Assembly (NCBI GenBank): GCA_964582375.1
Contig: CAZORL010000001.1
Span: 80,065 to 144,064 of the forward strand
DNA from: an uncultured Lachnospiraceae bacterium
GTDB taxonomy: Bacteria; Bacillota; Clostridia; Oscillospirales; CAG-272
DNA length: 64,000 nucleotides
Direction: 5' to 3'
Shown: piece by piece, positions 27,692 to 37,773 of the stretch
Numbering within the stretch: the first letter of the stretch is position 1
Layout of the letters: each line of letters begins with the position of its first letter
The notes under the pieces: model-generated
What the model saw: only the letters and a program-made list of their open reading frames with translations
The model's database searches: none
What the model was told of the DNA's origin: nothing
Program-made: the position numbers and the translations under genes

Positions 27692-29344
27692 TTATTTTAA
27701 CTCAATAATGCTCTCATCCCACATGTCGGGTGCTTCGTAGCCCATGAGATTTACGGTCGTTGCGGCAACATTTGAAAGTCCGAATTTGGCGTCGGTCTTT
27801 ACGCTGTAGCGATCAGCCGAGAAATTGTCATAGATGATGCAGGGAACGGGGTTGAGCGTATGGCTCGTCTTTGCCTTGTAAGAGCCGTCCTTGTTTTTCT
27901 TGGGCTCGCCGGTCTTTTTGTCAAGCTCGTACATCTCATCCGAGTTACCGTGATCGGCGGTGATGATAGCCGCACCGTGCATTTTGTCGATAACAGGGAG
28001 AAGTCTTGCAAGCTGGAGATCGAGTGCTTCAAGCGAGATGATCGTCGCGTCGATATTGCCGGTGTGACCGACCATGTCACCGTTGGGATAGTTTACGCGA
28101 ATGAATTTGTATTTGCCCGACGAGACAAGCTCGATCATCGCATCGGTGATCTCGGCACACTGCATCCACGGACGCTGTTCGAAGGGAATAACATCCGACG
28201 GCTTTTCGATATAGACCTCAAGCTGATCGGAGAACTTGCCCGAGCGGTTGCCGTTCCAGAAGTAGGTGACATGCCCGTATTTCTGAGTCTCGGAGATTGC
28301 CGCAACAGGGATGTCGGTGTCAGCCATATATTCGCCCATAGTGTTTGTGATCTCGGGCGGATTTACGAGATAATGCTTCGGAATGTGCAGATCGCCGTCA
28401 TATTCGAGCATTCCGGCGTAATATACCTTGGGCGATCTGATCTTGTCGAATTTGTCAAAATCATCGCCTGCGTCAAAGGTCTTCGAGATCTCGATCGCAC
28501 GGTCACCGCGGAAGTTGTAGAAGACAACGCTGTCGCCGTCCTCGATAGTTCCCACGGGCTTTCCGTCTTTTGCGATGACGAAAGCGGGAAGATCCTGGTC
28601 GATCACGCCTGTCTCGGCACGATATGTGGTGATGGCATCCTCGGCGGAGTCAAAATATCTGCCCATGCCGAGCACATGGGTCTTCCAGCCCTCCTCGACC
28701 ATCGCCCAGTTTGCCTCATAGCGGTCCATGGTGATCTTCATTCGACCGCCGCCCGATGCGATGCAGACATCAAAGCCGTCATCACGCAGAGAGTCAAGAA
28801 ACGCCTCGAACGGGCGAACATAATCGAGCGCGGAGGTCTCGCCTACATCTCTGCCGTCAAGCAGGATGTGTACGCGAACCTTTTTCACGCCGTCCTCTTT
28901 GGCGTGGGAGATCATCGCCTTTAAGTGATCTATGTGAGAGTGGACGTTGCCATCCGAGAAAAGTCCGATGAAATGCAGGGTAGAACCATTGCCATTTACA
29001 TTCGATGTTACCTCCTGCCATGTGGTCGAGGCGAACATCTTGCCCTGTTCGATCGAGTTCGAAACAAGCTTTGCTCCCTGTGCGAACACCTGTCCCGCAC
29101 CGAGTGCGTTGTGTCCGACCTCTGAGTTGCCCATATCGTCATCCGAGGGAAGACCGACTGCCGTGCCGTGTGCCTTGAGCTGAACGCAGGGATAATTTGC
29201 CATGAGTTTGTCGAGTGTGGGAGTGTTTGCACGCGATACCGCGTTGCCGGGACCTGCGGGAGCAATGCCGACGCCGTCCATTACGATCGTTACGACCGGG
29301 CCTTCCACTCCGCTGAATTTTTCGGATCTTATTAACTTTGCCAT
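27692..29344 (-). CDS. gpmI: 2,3-bisphosphoglycerate-independent phosphoglycerate mutase (long, 550-aa form)
   Basis: VVTIVMDGVGIA, GLPSDDDMGNSEVGHNALGAG, ITADHGN and related metalloenzyme motifs. Confidence 0.9.
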   Translation of the reverse strand: MAKLIRSEKFSGVEGPVVTIVMDGVGIAPAGPGNAVSRANTPTLDKLMANYPCVQLKAHGTAVGLPSDDDMGNSEVGHNALGAGQVFAQGAKLVSNSIEQGKMFASTTWQEVTSNVNGNGSTLHFIGLFSDGNVHSHIDHLKAMISHAKEDGVKKVRVHILLDGRDVGETSALDYVRPFEAFLDSLRDDGFDVCIASGGGRMKITMDRYEANWAMVEEGWKTHVLGMGRYFDSAEDAITTYRAETGVIDQDLPAFVIAKDGKPVGTIEDGDSVVFYNFRGDRAIEISKTFDAGDDFDKFDKIRSPKVYYAGMLEYDGDLHIPKHYLVNPPEITNTMGEYMADTDIPVAAISETQKYGHVTYFWNGNRSGKFSDQLEVYIEKPSDVIPFEQRPWMQCAEITDAMIELVSSGKYKFIRVNYPNGDMVGHTGNIDATIISLEALDLQLARLLPVIDKMHGAAIITADHGNSDEMYELDKKTGEPKKNKDGSYKAKTSHTLNPVPCIIYDNFSADRYSVKTDAKFGLSNVAATTVNLMGYEAPDMWDESIIELK

Positions 29345-29433
29345 TTTATTTGTTGTCCTTTCAAATCTTTGTGCTTATATTATACACCTTGTTTGTGAAC
29401 AATCTGTGTAAAAAACGCCTTTTCGGATAAATT

Positions 29434-31218
29434 TCAACGCTTGAATTGGCTCATCCAGAGGTCGGCGTAGAATCCGCCATTTTCGAGAAGCGTTTTGTGA
29501 TCACCCTGTTCGATGATGTTGCCGTCCTTCATTACGAGAATGATGTCAGCCGACCTTATCGTCGAGAGCCTGTGCGCGACGATGAATGAGGTGCGCCCCT
29601 TCATCAGCTCGGCAAAGGCGTCCTGTATCTTCATCTCGGTTCTCGTGTCGATAGAGGATGTCGCCTCGTCGAGGATCAGCATCGGCGGCAGACAGAGCAT
29701 TATTCTCGTTATGCAAAGAAGCTGCTTTTGCCCTTGGGAGAGCATACCGCCGTCCTCGCCGATCTGAGTGTCATAACCGTTTGGCAGACGCTTTATAAAG
29801 CTGTGCGAGTGGGCAGCCTTTGCGGCGGCGATCACCTCGTCGTCGGTGGCATCGGGTCTGCCCATTACGATGTTTTCGCGGATAGTACCCGATTTGAGCC
29901 ATGTCTCCTGAAGAACCATTCCGTAGCTTGCGCGCAGACTGTGCCTTGTGTAACTGCGTATGTCGTGACCATCGACCGAGATCGAGCCGTCGGTTACGTC
30001 ATAAAATCTCATCAGAAGATTGATGAGTGTCGTTTTGCCGCATCCCGTCGGTCCGACTATTGCGACCATCTGACCGGGTTTTACAGACAGGCTGAAATCC
30101 TTGATAAGCTCCTTTTGCGGATCATAGGAAAATCTTACATCCGAGAGGTCGAGCTTACCGTCCGCATGAGTGAGGATACGCGCGCGCTCGGCATCGGGTG
30201 TCTGCGGTGTCTCCTCGATAAGCTCAAAAAGCCTCGATGCGCACGCAAGTGCATTCTGCAACTCTGTTATTACGCCGGTTATCTCGTTGAAGGGCTTTGT
30301 GTACTTGTTGGCATAAGAGAGAAGTGCCGAGAGTGCACCAACCGAGAATAGATCGGGATTGCCGCTCTGAACCGCCGAAACGACAGACAGTGCTCCGACG
30401 AGCGCAACTGCGGCGTACACGACATTGTTGACAAATCGAGTGCAGGGGTTGGTTATCGATGAAAAGAAGGTTGCACGAAGAGAATAGTTTGAGAGTCTGC
30501 CGTTGATCTCGTCAAACTTTTCGAGATTGTCCGCCTCCTTGCAGAATGCTTTCGAGACCTTCTGCCCGTCGAGCATCTCTTCGATAAATGCTGTCTGCTC
30601 GCCTCTTGTTTCGGATTGCTTTAGGAACATCGAATGTGTGCGCTCGGCAACGAATTTTGCGACAAGCAGTGAAAGCGGCGTCAAGATCACAACGATAAGT
30701 GCGATCTCAAGGCTTTGCGAGATCATAAATCCTACCGTTCCGAATATCGTCAAAACTCCGGTGAACATCTGTGTAAATCCGATCAGCAGTCCGTCGGCAA
30801 ATTGATCTGCATCGGCGATCACTCGGCTGACGATATCGCCCGCAGGATGCGAGTCGATATAGGACAGCGGAAGGCTTTGTATCTTCTTAAATGCTTCTTT
30901 TCTGACGTCTCTTACTATGTTGAAGGAGATCTTGTTGTTGATGATGTTCATCAGCCACTCTGCGGCAGCCGTGGCGACGATAATGATCGCACTCTTCATG
31001 ATAACATCGGATACAGCCGCAAAATCAACATTGTCGCGTGAAATGATGGCATCTATGCCCTCGCCTATCAGCAGAGGCAGATAGAGCGTGAGAGCCACCG
31101 AAACTGCGGCGAGAATAATTGTCAGGATCAGCAATATGCGATAGTTCTTGACATAATGCAGAACCTTTTTTATGTTCGATGAGCCGCTTTGCCCTCTTTT
31201 GTTTTTGTTCTTTTTCAT
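29434..31218 (-). CDS. ABC exporter half-transporter (TMD-NBD), consensus-Walker B partner
   Basis: 594 aa. Walker A GPTGCGKTT, Walker B LILDEATSSID (catalytic Glu present), and an atypical signature LSQGQK. Confidence 0.85.
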   Translation of the reverse strand: MKKNKNKRGQSGSSNIKKVLHYVKNYRILLILTIILAAVSVALTLYLPLLIGEGIDAIISRDNVDFAAVSDVIMKSAIIIVATAAAEWLMNIINNKISFNIVRDVRKEAFKKIQSLPLSYIDSHPAGDIVSRVIADADQFADGLLIGFTQMFTGVLTIFGTVGFMISQSLEIALIVVILTPLSLLVAKFVAERTHSMFLKQSETRGEQTAFIEEMLDGQKVSKAFCKEADNLEKFDEINGRLSNYSLRATFFSSITNPCTRFVNNVVYAAVALVGALSVVSAVQSGNPDLFSVGALSALLSYANKYTKPFNEITGVITELQNALACASRLFELIEETPQTPDAERARILTHADGKLDLSDVRFSYDPQKELIKDFSLSVKPGQMVAIVGPTGCGKTTLINLLMRFYDVTDGSISVDGHDIRSYTRHSLRASYGMVLQETWLKSGTIRENIVMGRPDATDDEVIAAAKAAHSHSFIKRLPNGYDTQIGEDGGMLSQGQKQLLCITRIMLCLPPMLILDEATSSIDTRTEMKIQDAFAELMKGRTSFIVAHRLSTIRSADIILVMKDGNIIEQGDHKTLLENGGFYADLWMSQFKR

Positions 31219-32948
31219 TTGCGATCCTCCTCCCCGTCTTCCTTCGGATATTGCGAGTAGTAGATCTCGCGGTAAACATCACAACTTGACATAAGCTCGT
31301 CGTGAGTTCCCATTCCGACCGCCTCGCCGTCGTCGAGGACGATGATCTTGTCGGCGTGCATGAGCGAAGATGTGCGTTGTGAGACGATAAACACGGTCGG
31401 TGAGTAGGGAAGTGCCCTAAGTGACGCACGCAGAGCGGCATCTGTCGCATAGTCAAGTGCCGATGCGCTGTCGTCGAGGATCAGTATCTCGGGATCTCCG
31501 ACAAGTGCGCGTGCGATCGTCAGTCGCTGTCTCTGTCCGCCCGAGAAATTCTTTCCGCCCTGTGCAACAGGCGCATCAAGTCCGCCTTTTTCTTTTACAA
31601 AAGACTCAGCTTGCGCGGCTCTAAGGGCGTCCCAAAGCTCTTTGTCGGTTGCGTACCTGTCGGCAAGACAAAGATTTGATCTTATCGTTCCCTTGAACAG
31701 CTGGGCTTTTTGCATGACATAGCCTATCCTGTGGCGCAAACGGTCGGTGTCGTAGCTCTTGACATCTTTTCCGTCAATAAGAAGCTCACCGCAGGTCGAA
31801 TCGTAAAAATGCGGTATCAGATTTACAAGCGAGGTCTTTCCCGAACCCGTGCCGCCGATTATGCCGATAGTCTCGCCATGTTCTGCCGAAAATGATATGC
31901 CGTCAAGCGATTTGTCTGATGCGTTCTTGTAGGTCAGCGAGACATTTCTGAATTCAATAAACGATTTGGAGTTTGACAAAACCTCGGGGGATGTGCGCTC
32001 GTCCGGTTCGTCGATCGCAAGTACTGCCGATACTCTGTTTGCGCAGGCGATGGCTTTGGTGATGGTAACGATGAGATTGGCAAGCTTTATAAGCTCGATC
32101 AGTATCTGCGACATGTAATTGTAGAGTGCGACAAGATCGCCCTGCTCGATCGCACCCGAGTTTACCTGCTTTCCGCCGATCGACAGCAGAAACAGAACGG
32201 CGAAATTTATGATGACGTAAGTTAGGGGATTGAGCAGTGCAGAGATCTTTCCGACAAGACGCTGTGCGGAGTTGAGCAGATCGTTTCGCTTGTTGAACTC
32301 GACGATCTCACTGTCTTCTTTGCAAAAGGCGCGTATGACGCGGACACCCGTCAGATTTTCGCGCGTTACCGACATAACACCGTCGAGATTGCTCTGCGTT
32401 CTCTTGTAAAGCGGTATCGTGATGAGCAGAATGCCGAACACAACGACCGACAGTGCGGGAATGGCGACCGCAAAGATGAGCGCCGACTTGTAATCGACTG
32501 TGAATGCCATGATCATCGCACCGAACACAATGAAGGGTGATCTGAGGAAAAGTCTCAGCGTCATGTTGATGCCCGACTGCATTTGGTTTATGTCACTCGT
32601 CATTCGGGTCATAAGCGTAGACCTGCCGAGGCGGTCAAGCGTCGAAAAGGAAAATGATTGTATCTTTTCGAACAGGGCATGACGAACCTTCGTTCCGAAC
32701 CCGATCGCTGCTTTTGCGGCAAAATACTGCGCGGTTATCGAGCAAACAAGACCGATAACGCCGAGTGCCAGCAAAATAAGGCATCTTCCAACGATAAATC
32801 CCCTGTCGCCGTTTGCGATACCTTCTTTTATGATCGATGCGACCACAAGCGGAACAAGAAGCTCGAACGCCGCCTCAAGAAGCTTGAAAAACGGACCGAG
32901 AAGTGATTCGAGCTTGTAATCTTTCATGTATTTCAGTAATTTTTTCAT
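31215..32948 (-). CDS. ABC exporter half-transporter (TMD-NBD), degenerate-site partner
   Basis: 577 aa. Walker A GGTGSGKTS, signature FSGGQRQR, and Walker B ILILDDSASALD (Ser replaces the catalytic Glu). 4-nt overlap with the downstream partner. Confidence 0.85.
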   Translation of the reverse strand: MKKLLKYMKDYKLESLLGPFFKLLEAAFELLVPLVVASIIKEGIANGDRGFIVGRCLILLALGVIGLVCSITAQYFAAKAAIGFGTKVRHALFEKIQSFSFSTLDRLGRSTLMTRMTSDINQMQSGINMTLRLFLRSPFIVFGAMIMAFTVDYKSALIFAVAIPALSVVVFGILLITIPLYKRTQSNLDGVMSVTRENLTGVRVIRAFCKEDSEIVEFNKRNDLLNSAQRLVGKISALLNPLTYVIINFAVLFLLSIGGKQVNSGAIEQGDLVALYNYMSQILIELIKLANLIVTITKAIACANRVSAVLAIDEPDERTSPEVLSNSKSFIEFRNVSLTYKNASDKSLDGISFSAEHGETIGIIGGTGSGKTSLVNLIPHFYDSTCGELLIDGKDVKSYDTDRLRHRIGYVMQKAQLFKGTIRSNLCLADRYATDKELWDALRAAQAESFVKEKGGLDAPVAQGGKNFSGGQRQRLTIARALVGDPEILILDDSASALDYATDAALRASLRALPYSPTVFIVSQRTSSLMHADKIIVLDDGEAVGMGTHDELMSSCDVYREIYYSQYPKEDGEEDRK

Positions 32949-32991
32949 TTGTGAGACCCGGCTCCCCTATTTATGGTTTCTGATTTTCAGC

Positions 32992-33029
32992 ATGAAAAAA
33001 CGGCTTCCGTTAGATAACGGAAGCCGTTT
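32992..33029 (-). terminator. Rho-independent terminator after ispH::S1
   Basis: Stem AAACGGCTTCCGTTA / TAACGGAAGCCGTTT (32998-33029), followed on the minus strand by a T-run (TTTTTTC). Confidence 0.85.
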
Positions 33030-33046
33030 GAAAGTCATATTTGACC

Positions 33047-35035
33047 TTATTCCTCGTCGCCTTCGGCGTCGATGTCTGCTTCCTCGTCCTGACCCTCAAG
33101 AAGAGCGCGCATGGAGAGGGAGATCTTCTTCTTCTCGGCGTCGATGTTAATGATCTTGACCTGAACAACATCGTCGAGATGAACTACCTCAGCGGGAGTT
33201 GCGATCTTGTGATCGGTGATCTGAGAAATGTGGATGAGTCCGTCAACCTCGGGAATGATCTCGGCAAATGCGCCAAAGGGAGTGATGCCGACGACCTTTG
33301 CGGATACAACATCACCGATGTTAAAGGACTTGATGAAGAGATTCCAAGGATTGGTCTCTTCGGTCTTGCAACCGAGCGAGATCTTCTTTGCCTCGGCGTC
33401 AAAAGACTTAACGTAAACGTCGATCTTGTCGCCAACCTTAACGACCTCAGCGGGATTCTTGATCCTAGACCATGTCAGCTCGGTGATATGTACCATGCCG
33501 TCAACGCCGCCGATGTCAACAAATACACCGTAGGGCATGATCGACTTGACAGTGCCGGTGAATTTCTGACCGACCTCAAGCTCTGCCCAGAATTTTGCCA
33601 TAGCCTCTTTGTGCTCTGCACGGAGAACGGCTCTGATCGATGCGGTAGCACGCGAACGATCGGTGTCTACCTCGATGACCTTGACCTTCTGCATCGTTCC
33701 CTTGAGGGGAGTGAGTTCCTCACCCTTCGGAATACCGGTCTGCGATGCAGGGATGAATGCCTCGATCGCGCCGAGAGCGATCATGCAACCGCCCTTGATG
33801 ATCTTTGTGATCTTGCCTTCGACGACCTCGCCGCTCTCATGTGCGGCAACGACCTTCTTCCAACTGTCAATGCGCTCAATGCGCTTTCTGGACAGACCTG
33901 CGACACCTTCGATGTCGCTGACTCTGACGACGAATGCCTCGATGGTGTCGCCGACATTATACGGGGTCTCTGCATTTGCAATTTCTTCGTAAGGAAGAAT
34001 GCCGGTAACATTTGCCGAAAGATCGACGTGTACATCGGTGGGTGTGATCGATGTGATCGTACCCGTTACAATATCCCCTGTATTTAATGTTTTGAGTGAC
34101 TCCTCAAGTAATTCTTCGAAATTTTCTTTCTCAAGCTTTTCGCTCATAGTGGTTTTTACCTCCTGTATTATATCGCTTGGTGTCGATGCACCTGCGGTAA
34201 TGCCTATTTTGCTTGCCACCCTCGCAAGCGATGTTATCTGCGGCGTGATGTCGCACAGGTCCTCGATCAGAAATGTTGCCTCAAGATTTCGCTTTGAAAC
34301 ATCAAAAAGCTTCTTTGTGTTCGATGACTGCCGCCCGCCGATCACCAACATAAGATCGACCTCTTTTGATAGACGCTCGACCTCGGTCTGCCTATTTTCA
34401 GTAACACTACATATTGTATCATAAATATTTAATTTTGTCAAGTGTTTGTTGAAAAGTTCTTGCGCTTTGTACCATTCGGACAAATTTTGGGTGGTTTGAG
34501 CCACCATTATCGCACATTTTTCCGTATAATTTTCAAATTTTACGGTGTCCGTATGTTCAAATACCTCAGTTTCGCCGCGTGCGTATGATACGATCCCCTT
34601 GACCTCGGGGTGATTTTTGTCTCCCATAACAAGAAGTGCCTCGCCGCCCGTTGTTTGCCGACTCACTATGTCGTGTATCTTTTTAACATACGGACAGGTG
34701 CAATCGACGGTTTTGAAGTACTCGTTTCTGCTCGAAAAGTCGGCAAGCTTTTGATTTACGGAAAACGTACTTCCGTGTGCGCGCGTCACAACGGTGCTCG
34801 GGGATCTTTCTGTTGTTTCGGCAAATATCCCGTCAAGATCGTTCTCGTCTGCGGTGATGACCCCTGCACGACCGATCCGCTCAAGAACTCGCGGATTGTG
34901 TACAAGCTCGCCGAGAACGAATATTCGCTCGCCCTCTTTTTTGCCCTCTATAAGCTCCTCGACCGTGTCCACTGCGCGCTTTACGCCAAAGCAAAACCCC
35001 GCGTATTTGCCGACTGTTATCTCCGCTTTACTCAT
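33047..35035 (-). CDS. ispH: Fusion protein: 4-hydroxy-3-methylbut-2-enyl diphosphate reductase (IspH/LytB) + four S1 RNA-binding domains
   Basis: N-terminal half GFCFGVKRAV...ELVHNPRV...CPYV is IspH. The C-terminal half has repeated S1 motifs (GDIVTGTI, VVEGKITKIIKGG, KFTGTVKSIMPYGVFVDI, GDVVSAKVVGITPFGAFAEI). Confidence 0.85.
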   Translation of the reverse strand: MSKAEITVGKYAGFCFGVKRAVDTVEELIEGKKEGERIFVLGELVHNPRVLERIGRAGVITADENDLDGIFAETTERSPSTVVTRAHGSTFSVNQKLADFSSRNEYFKTVDCTCPYVKKIHDIVSRQTTGGEALLVMGDKNHPEVKGIVSYARGETEVFEHTDTVKFENYTEKCAIMVAQTTQNLSEWYKAQELFNKHLTKLNIYDTICSVTENRQTEVERLSKEVDLMLVIGGRQSSNTKKLFDVSKRNLEATFLIEDLCDITPQITSLARVASKIGITAGASTPSDIIQEVKTTMSEKLEKENFEELLEESLKTLNTGDIVTGTITSITPTDVHVDLSANVTGILPYEEIANAETPYNVGDTIEAFVVRVSDIEGVAGLSRKRIERIDSWKKVVAAHESGEVVEGKITKIIKGGCMIALGAIEAFIPASQTGIPKGEELTPLKGTMQKVKVIEVDTDRSRATASIRAVLRAEHKEAMAKFWAELEVGQKFTGTVKSIMPYGVFVDIGGVDGMVHITELTWSRIKNPAEVVKVGDKIDVYVKSFDAEAKKISLGCKTEETNPWNLFIKSFNIGDVVSAKVVGITPFGAFAEIIPEVDGLIHISQITDHKIATPAEVVHLDDVVQVKIINIDAEKKKISLSMRALLEGQDEEADIDAEGDEE

Positions 35036-35672
35036 CCTTGACCTTTTTGCTCTTTTCTTTGCCGCACGGCGTGTCGATCAGATCGGTGATCGATGAAAAG
35101 ATCTTCTTCGACGCCGCCGCAAATTCGACGCCTCTTCCGTTTGCAAAGTCAAACGACTCGTATTCGATCGGTTTGCCGATGATCACATATGTACGCCTAA
35201 AGGGCACGACCTTCCATTTTTTTGTTTTTATCAGAACGGGCACGACCTTGACCTTTGCGTGATACTCGATCATTCCGACTCCGTTTTTGATGACAGTTTC
35301 TCTCGGATCGACACTCGGACATCTTGTGCCCTGCGGGAATATGCCGACCGTTTTGCCTTCCTCGAGAAGAGAAAGGGTCATCTTGATCGGACCGAGAGAG
35401 GCTGACGCGTTCTGCCTGTCAACCGGGAACGCTCCGAGTGCCTTGATAAAATGGCGAAGTATCGGGATCTTGAACAGCTCTGCTTTCGCAAAAAAGTGAA
35501 CCTGCCTCTTGAAGCTCGCTCCAACGACTATGACATCCCTGTTTGATGTGTGATTTGCACATACCATGAACGCCCCGTCCGTCGGTTCGTTCTCTCTGCC
35601 GATGATCTTTATGTTGTAAATGAATCTGAAGAACCCTCCGAGACAGGCTCTTGCAACCGTGTAAAAATTCAT
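35028..35672 (-). CDS. plsC: 1-acyl-sn-glycerol-3-phosphate acyltransferase (PlsC family)
   Basis: H(X)4D box CANHTSNRD, plus FPQGTR and GAFPVDR motifs. Confidence 0.8.
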   Translation of the reverse strand: MNFYTVARACLGGFFRFIYNIKIIGRENEPTDGAFMVCANHTSNRDVIVVGASFKRQVHFFAKAELFKIPILRHFIKALGAFPVDRQNASASLGPIKMTLSLLEEGKTVGIFPQGTRCPSVDPRETVIKNGVGMIEYHAKVKVVPVLIKTKKWKVVPFRRTYVIIGKPIEYESFDFANGRGVEFAAASKKIFSSITDLIDTPCGKEKSKKVKDE

Positions 35673-35681
35673 TCGGATATC

Positions 35682-36359
35682 TTAACCTTCCTTCACTGCC
35701 GTTTTGCTCTTTATTATCGCAAGTGCGGCGTCAAGCATTTCGTCGATCGTCAAGTCCGAGTTGTCAAGATATACCGCATCGTCCGCCGCCTTGAGAGGCG
35801 CAAGCTCACGCGATGAGTCACGCTCGTCACGCTCGGCCATGACGCGGACAGTCTCCTCAAGCGATATGTCAATGCCTTTTTGGATATATTCGAGCCTGCG
35901 ACGCTTTGCACGCGCCGTCGGAGAGGAAACGAGAAATATCTTCACATCGGCATCCGGAAGTATTACCGTTCCTATGTCGCGACCGTCCATTATAACATTG
36001 TTTTCCCTCGCGATCTTTCGCTGTGTGTCAAGCAGGAATGCTCGAACCTCACCGATTGCCGAAACGGTCGATGCCCATTCGGATATCGATGGCGTGCGGA
36101 TCTTGTCTGATACATCCTCGCCGCAAAGGAATACTTTTTGACTCTCACCGTCATGGGCAAGTGAGATGGAAATGTCCGAAAGTGCGGCGATTATCCCTGC
36201 CTTGTCGCTTTTGTCAATATCCGCTCGCTCACAAAACAGTCCGACCGCCCTGTAAAGCGCACCCGTGTCAACGTATACATACCCGAGCTTTTTCGAAAGC
36301 ATTTTTGCCAGTGTGCTTTTTCCTGCGCCGGATGGTCCGTCAATTGCTATCTGTATCAT
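35682..36359 (-). CDS. cmk: Cytidylate kinase
   Basis: IAIDGPSGAGKSTLAKMLS, DTGALYRA and GRDIGTVILPDA. Confidence 0.9.
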   Translation of the reverse strand: MIQIAIDGPSGAGKSTLAKMLSKKLGYVYVDTGALYRAVGLFCERADIDKSDKAGIIAALSDISISLAHDGESQKVFLCGEDVSDKIRTPSISEWASTVSAIGEVRAFLLDTQRKIARENNVIMDGRDIGTVILPDADVKIFLVSSPTARAKRRRLEYIQKGIDISLEETVRVMAERDERDSSRELAPLKAADDAVYLDNSDLTIDEMLDAALAIIKSKTAVKEG

Positions 36360-36374
36360 TCTTTTGGTATCCTT

Positions 36375-37607
36375 TCATATTTGTTCGGTTGCCGACATTG
36401 CCGCAACATATGCCGTCGAAAATGCCGTTTGAAGATTAAATCCGCCCGTGTATGCGTCAACATCTATGACCTCGCCGATAAAGTAGAGCCCACCGACCTT
36501 TTTGGATTCCATTGTCTTCGGCGATATCTCGCGGATGTCAATGCCTCCCGAGGTGATTATTGCCTCGTCGATCGGGCGTGTGCCGCTTACCGTGAAGTGC
36601 ATGTGCTTCATCAAACGGACGATGGATGCACGCTCGTCTCTTGTGATGCTGTTGATCTTTTTTTCGGGGTCGATCCCCGACAAAGAAACAAAAACGCTTA
36701 CAAGCTTTGACGGAAGGAGATCGGATAGGGCGTTTGAATAGTTTTTGTTCGAATACTTTTTGAAATCGGAAAGTATGCGTCTGTCGAGTGTTTCGTCATT
36801 GAGCGCGGGCTTCAGATCTATCTCCGCTTTGTATCGTTTCGGTCGAATGTCCCGAAGATATGCGGATGCCGAAAGTATCATCGGACCGGTGACACCGAAA
36901 TGGGTGAACATCATCTCGCCGAAATCGTTGTAGATCTCTTTTCCGCCCGATTCGCTGTCGAAAAAGTGTATCGCGACATTTTTCAGCGACAGCCCTTGAA
37001 GCTTCGGACACCAACGCTCGCAGACCTCAAGCGGTACCAGGGAAGGGGAGAGTTTCGTGACATTTATGCCCAGCTCTCTCGCAAATCTGTATCCGTCTCC
37101 GGTCGAGCCTGTCCTTGGGTATGACAGCCCTCCCGTTGCGACAAATACCGCGTCGTATCGCTCCTCTCTGTCGGTCTTGATCGATAAAGCTCCGTCCTCC
37201 GATTTTATTACTTCCGCGACACGCGAATGTACGAATCGAACTTCCAACCGCCGACATTCGGATACCATTGCGTCAACGATGTCGCACGCTTTGTCAGAAA
37301 CAGGAAACACTCTGTTTCCGCGCTCGGTCTTTAAGGGAACACCAAGCTCTTCAAAAAAAGCGATCGTGTCGGATGGAGTGAATCTCGATATCGGACCGTA
37401 CATGAAACGCGGATTTTTGGGTACATTTGAAATAAACTCGTTTGGCGTGCAGTCATTTGTCAAATTGCATCTGCCCTTACCGGTGATCATGAGCTTTCTC
37501 CCGGGACGCTCGTTTTTTTCGTAGATCGTCACGGATGCACCGCGACGCGCACAGACGATCGCCGCCATCATTCCCGCAGCTCCCGCACCGATAATTCCAA
37601 TGTTCAT
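36375..37607 (-). CDS. HI0933/YhiN-type NAD(P)/FAD-dependent oxidoreductase
   Basis: MNIGIIGAGAAGMMAA dinucleotide fold, GKGRCNLTN, and C-terminal GLYFIGEVIDVDAYTGGFNLQ. Confidence 0.75.
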   Translation of the reverse strand: MNIGIIGAGAAGMMAAIVCARRGASVTIYEKNERPGRKLMITGKGRCNLTNDCTPNEFISNVPKNPRFMYGPISRFTPSDTIAFFEELGVPLKTERGNRVFPVSDKACDIVDAMVSECRRLEVRFVHSRVAEVIKSEDGALSIKTDREERYDAVFVATGGLSYPRTGSTGDGYRFARELGINVTKLSPSLVPLEVCERWCPKLQGLSLKNVAIHFFDSESGGKEIYNDFGEMMFTHFGVTGPMILSASAYLRDIRPKRYKAEIDLKPALNDETLDRRILSDFKKYSNKNYSNALSDLLPSKLVSVFVSLSGIDPEKKINSITRDERASIVRLMKHMHFTVSGTRPIDEAIITSGGIDIREISPKTMESKKVGGLYFIGEVIDVDAYTGGFNLQTAFSTAYVAAMSATEQI

Positions 37608-37773
37608 CCTGTATCTCCATCTTTTGTTGTATCCTAAATATTATACCCGTTTTTCTTGCTAATGTCAAGAGAATTTTTTGAAAAAATGTTGAAATTCACG
37701 CAAAATGGACAAGGTATTGCGAAAACATAGATCGCCCCGGCCCGGAATATCATAACACAAAGAGGTGTGATGT

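Noticed and set aside
27860-28924. 354-aa plus-strand ORF
   Set aside because: It is antisense to gpmI, whose motifs are unambiguous. No RBS and no recognisable domains.
33041-34087. 348-aa plus-strand ORF
   Set aside because: It is entirely antisense to the well-supported ispH::S1 gene. The translation is low-complexity (D/L/G/C-rich) with no motifs or RBS. This is a typical mirror ORF of a codon-biased gene.
37608-37773. Sporulation sigma-factor promoter (SigE/SigK/SigG type) upstream of the ytvI-like gene
   Set aside because: CATA-containing strings are present (GGAATATCATAACA), but I could not fit a convincing -35/-10 pair with correct spacing.
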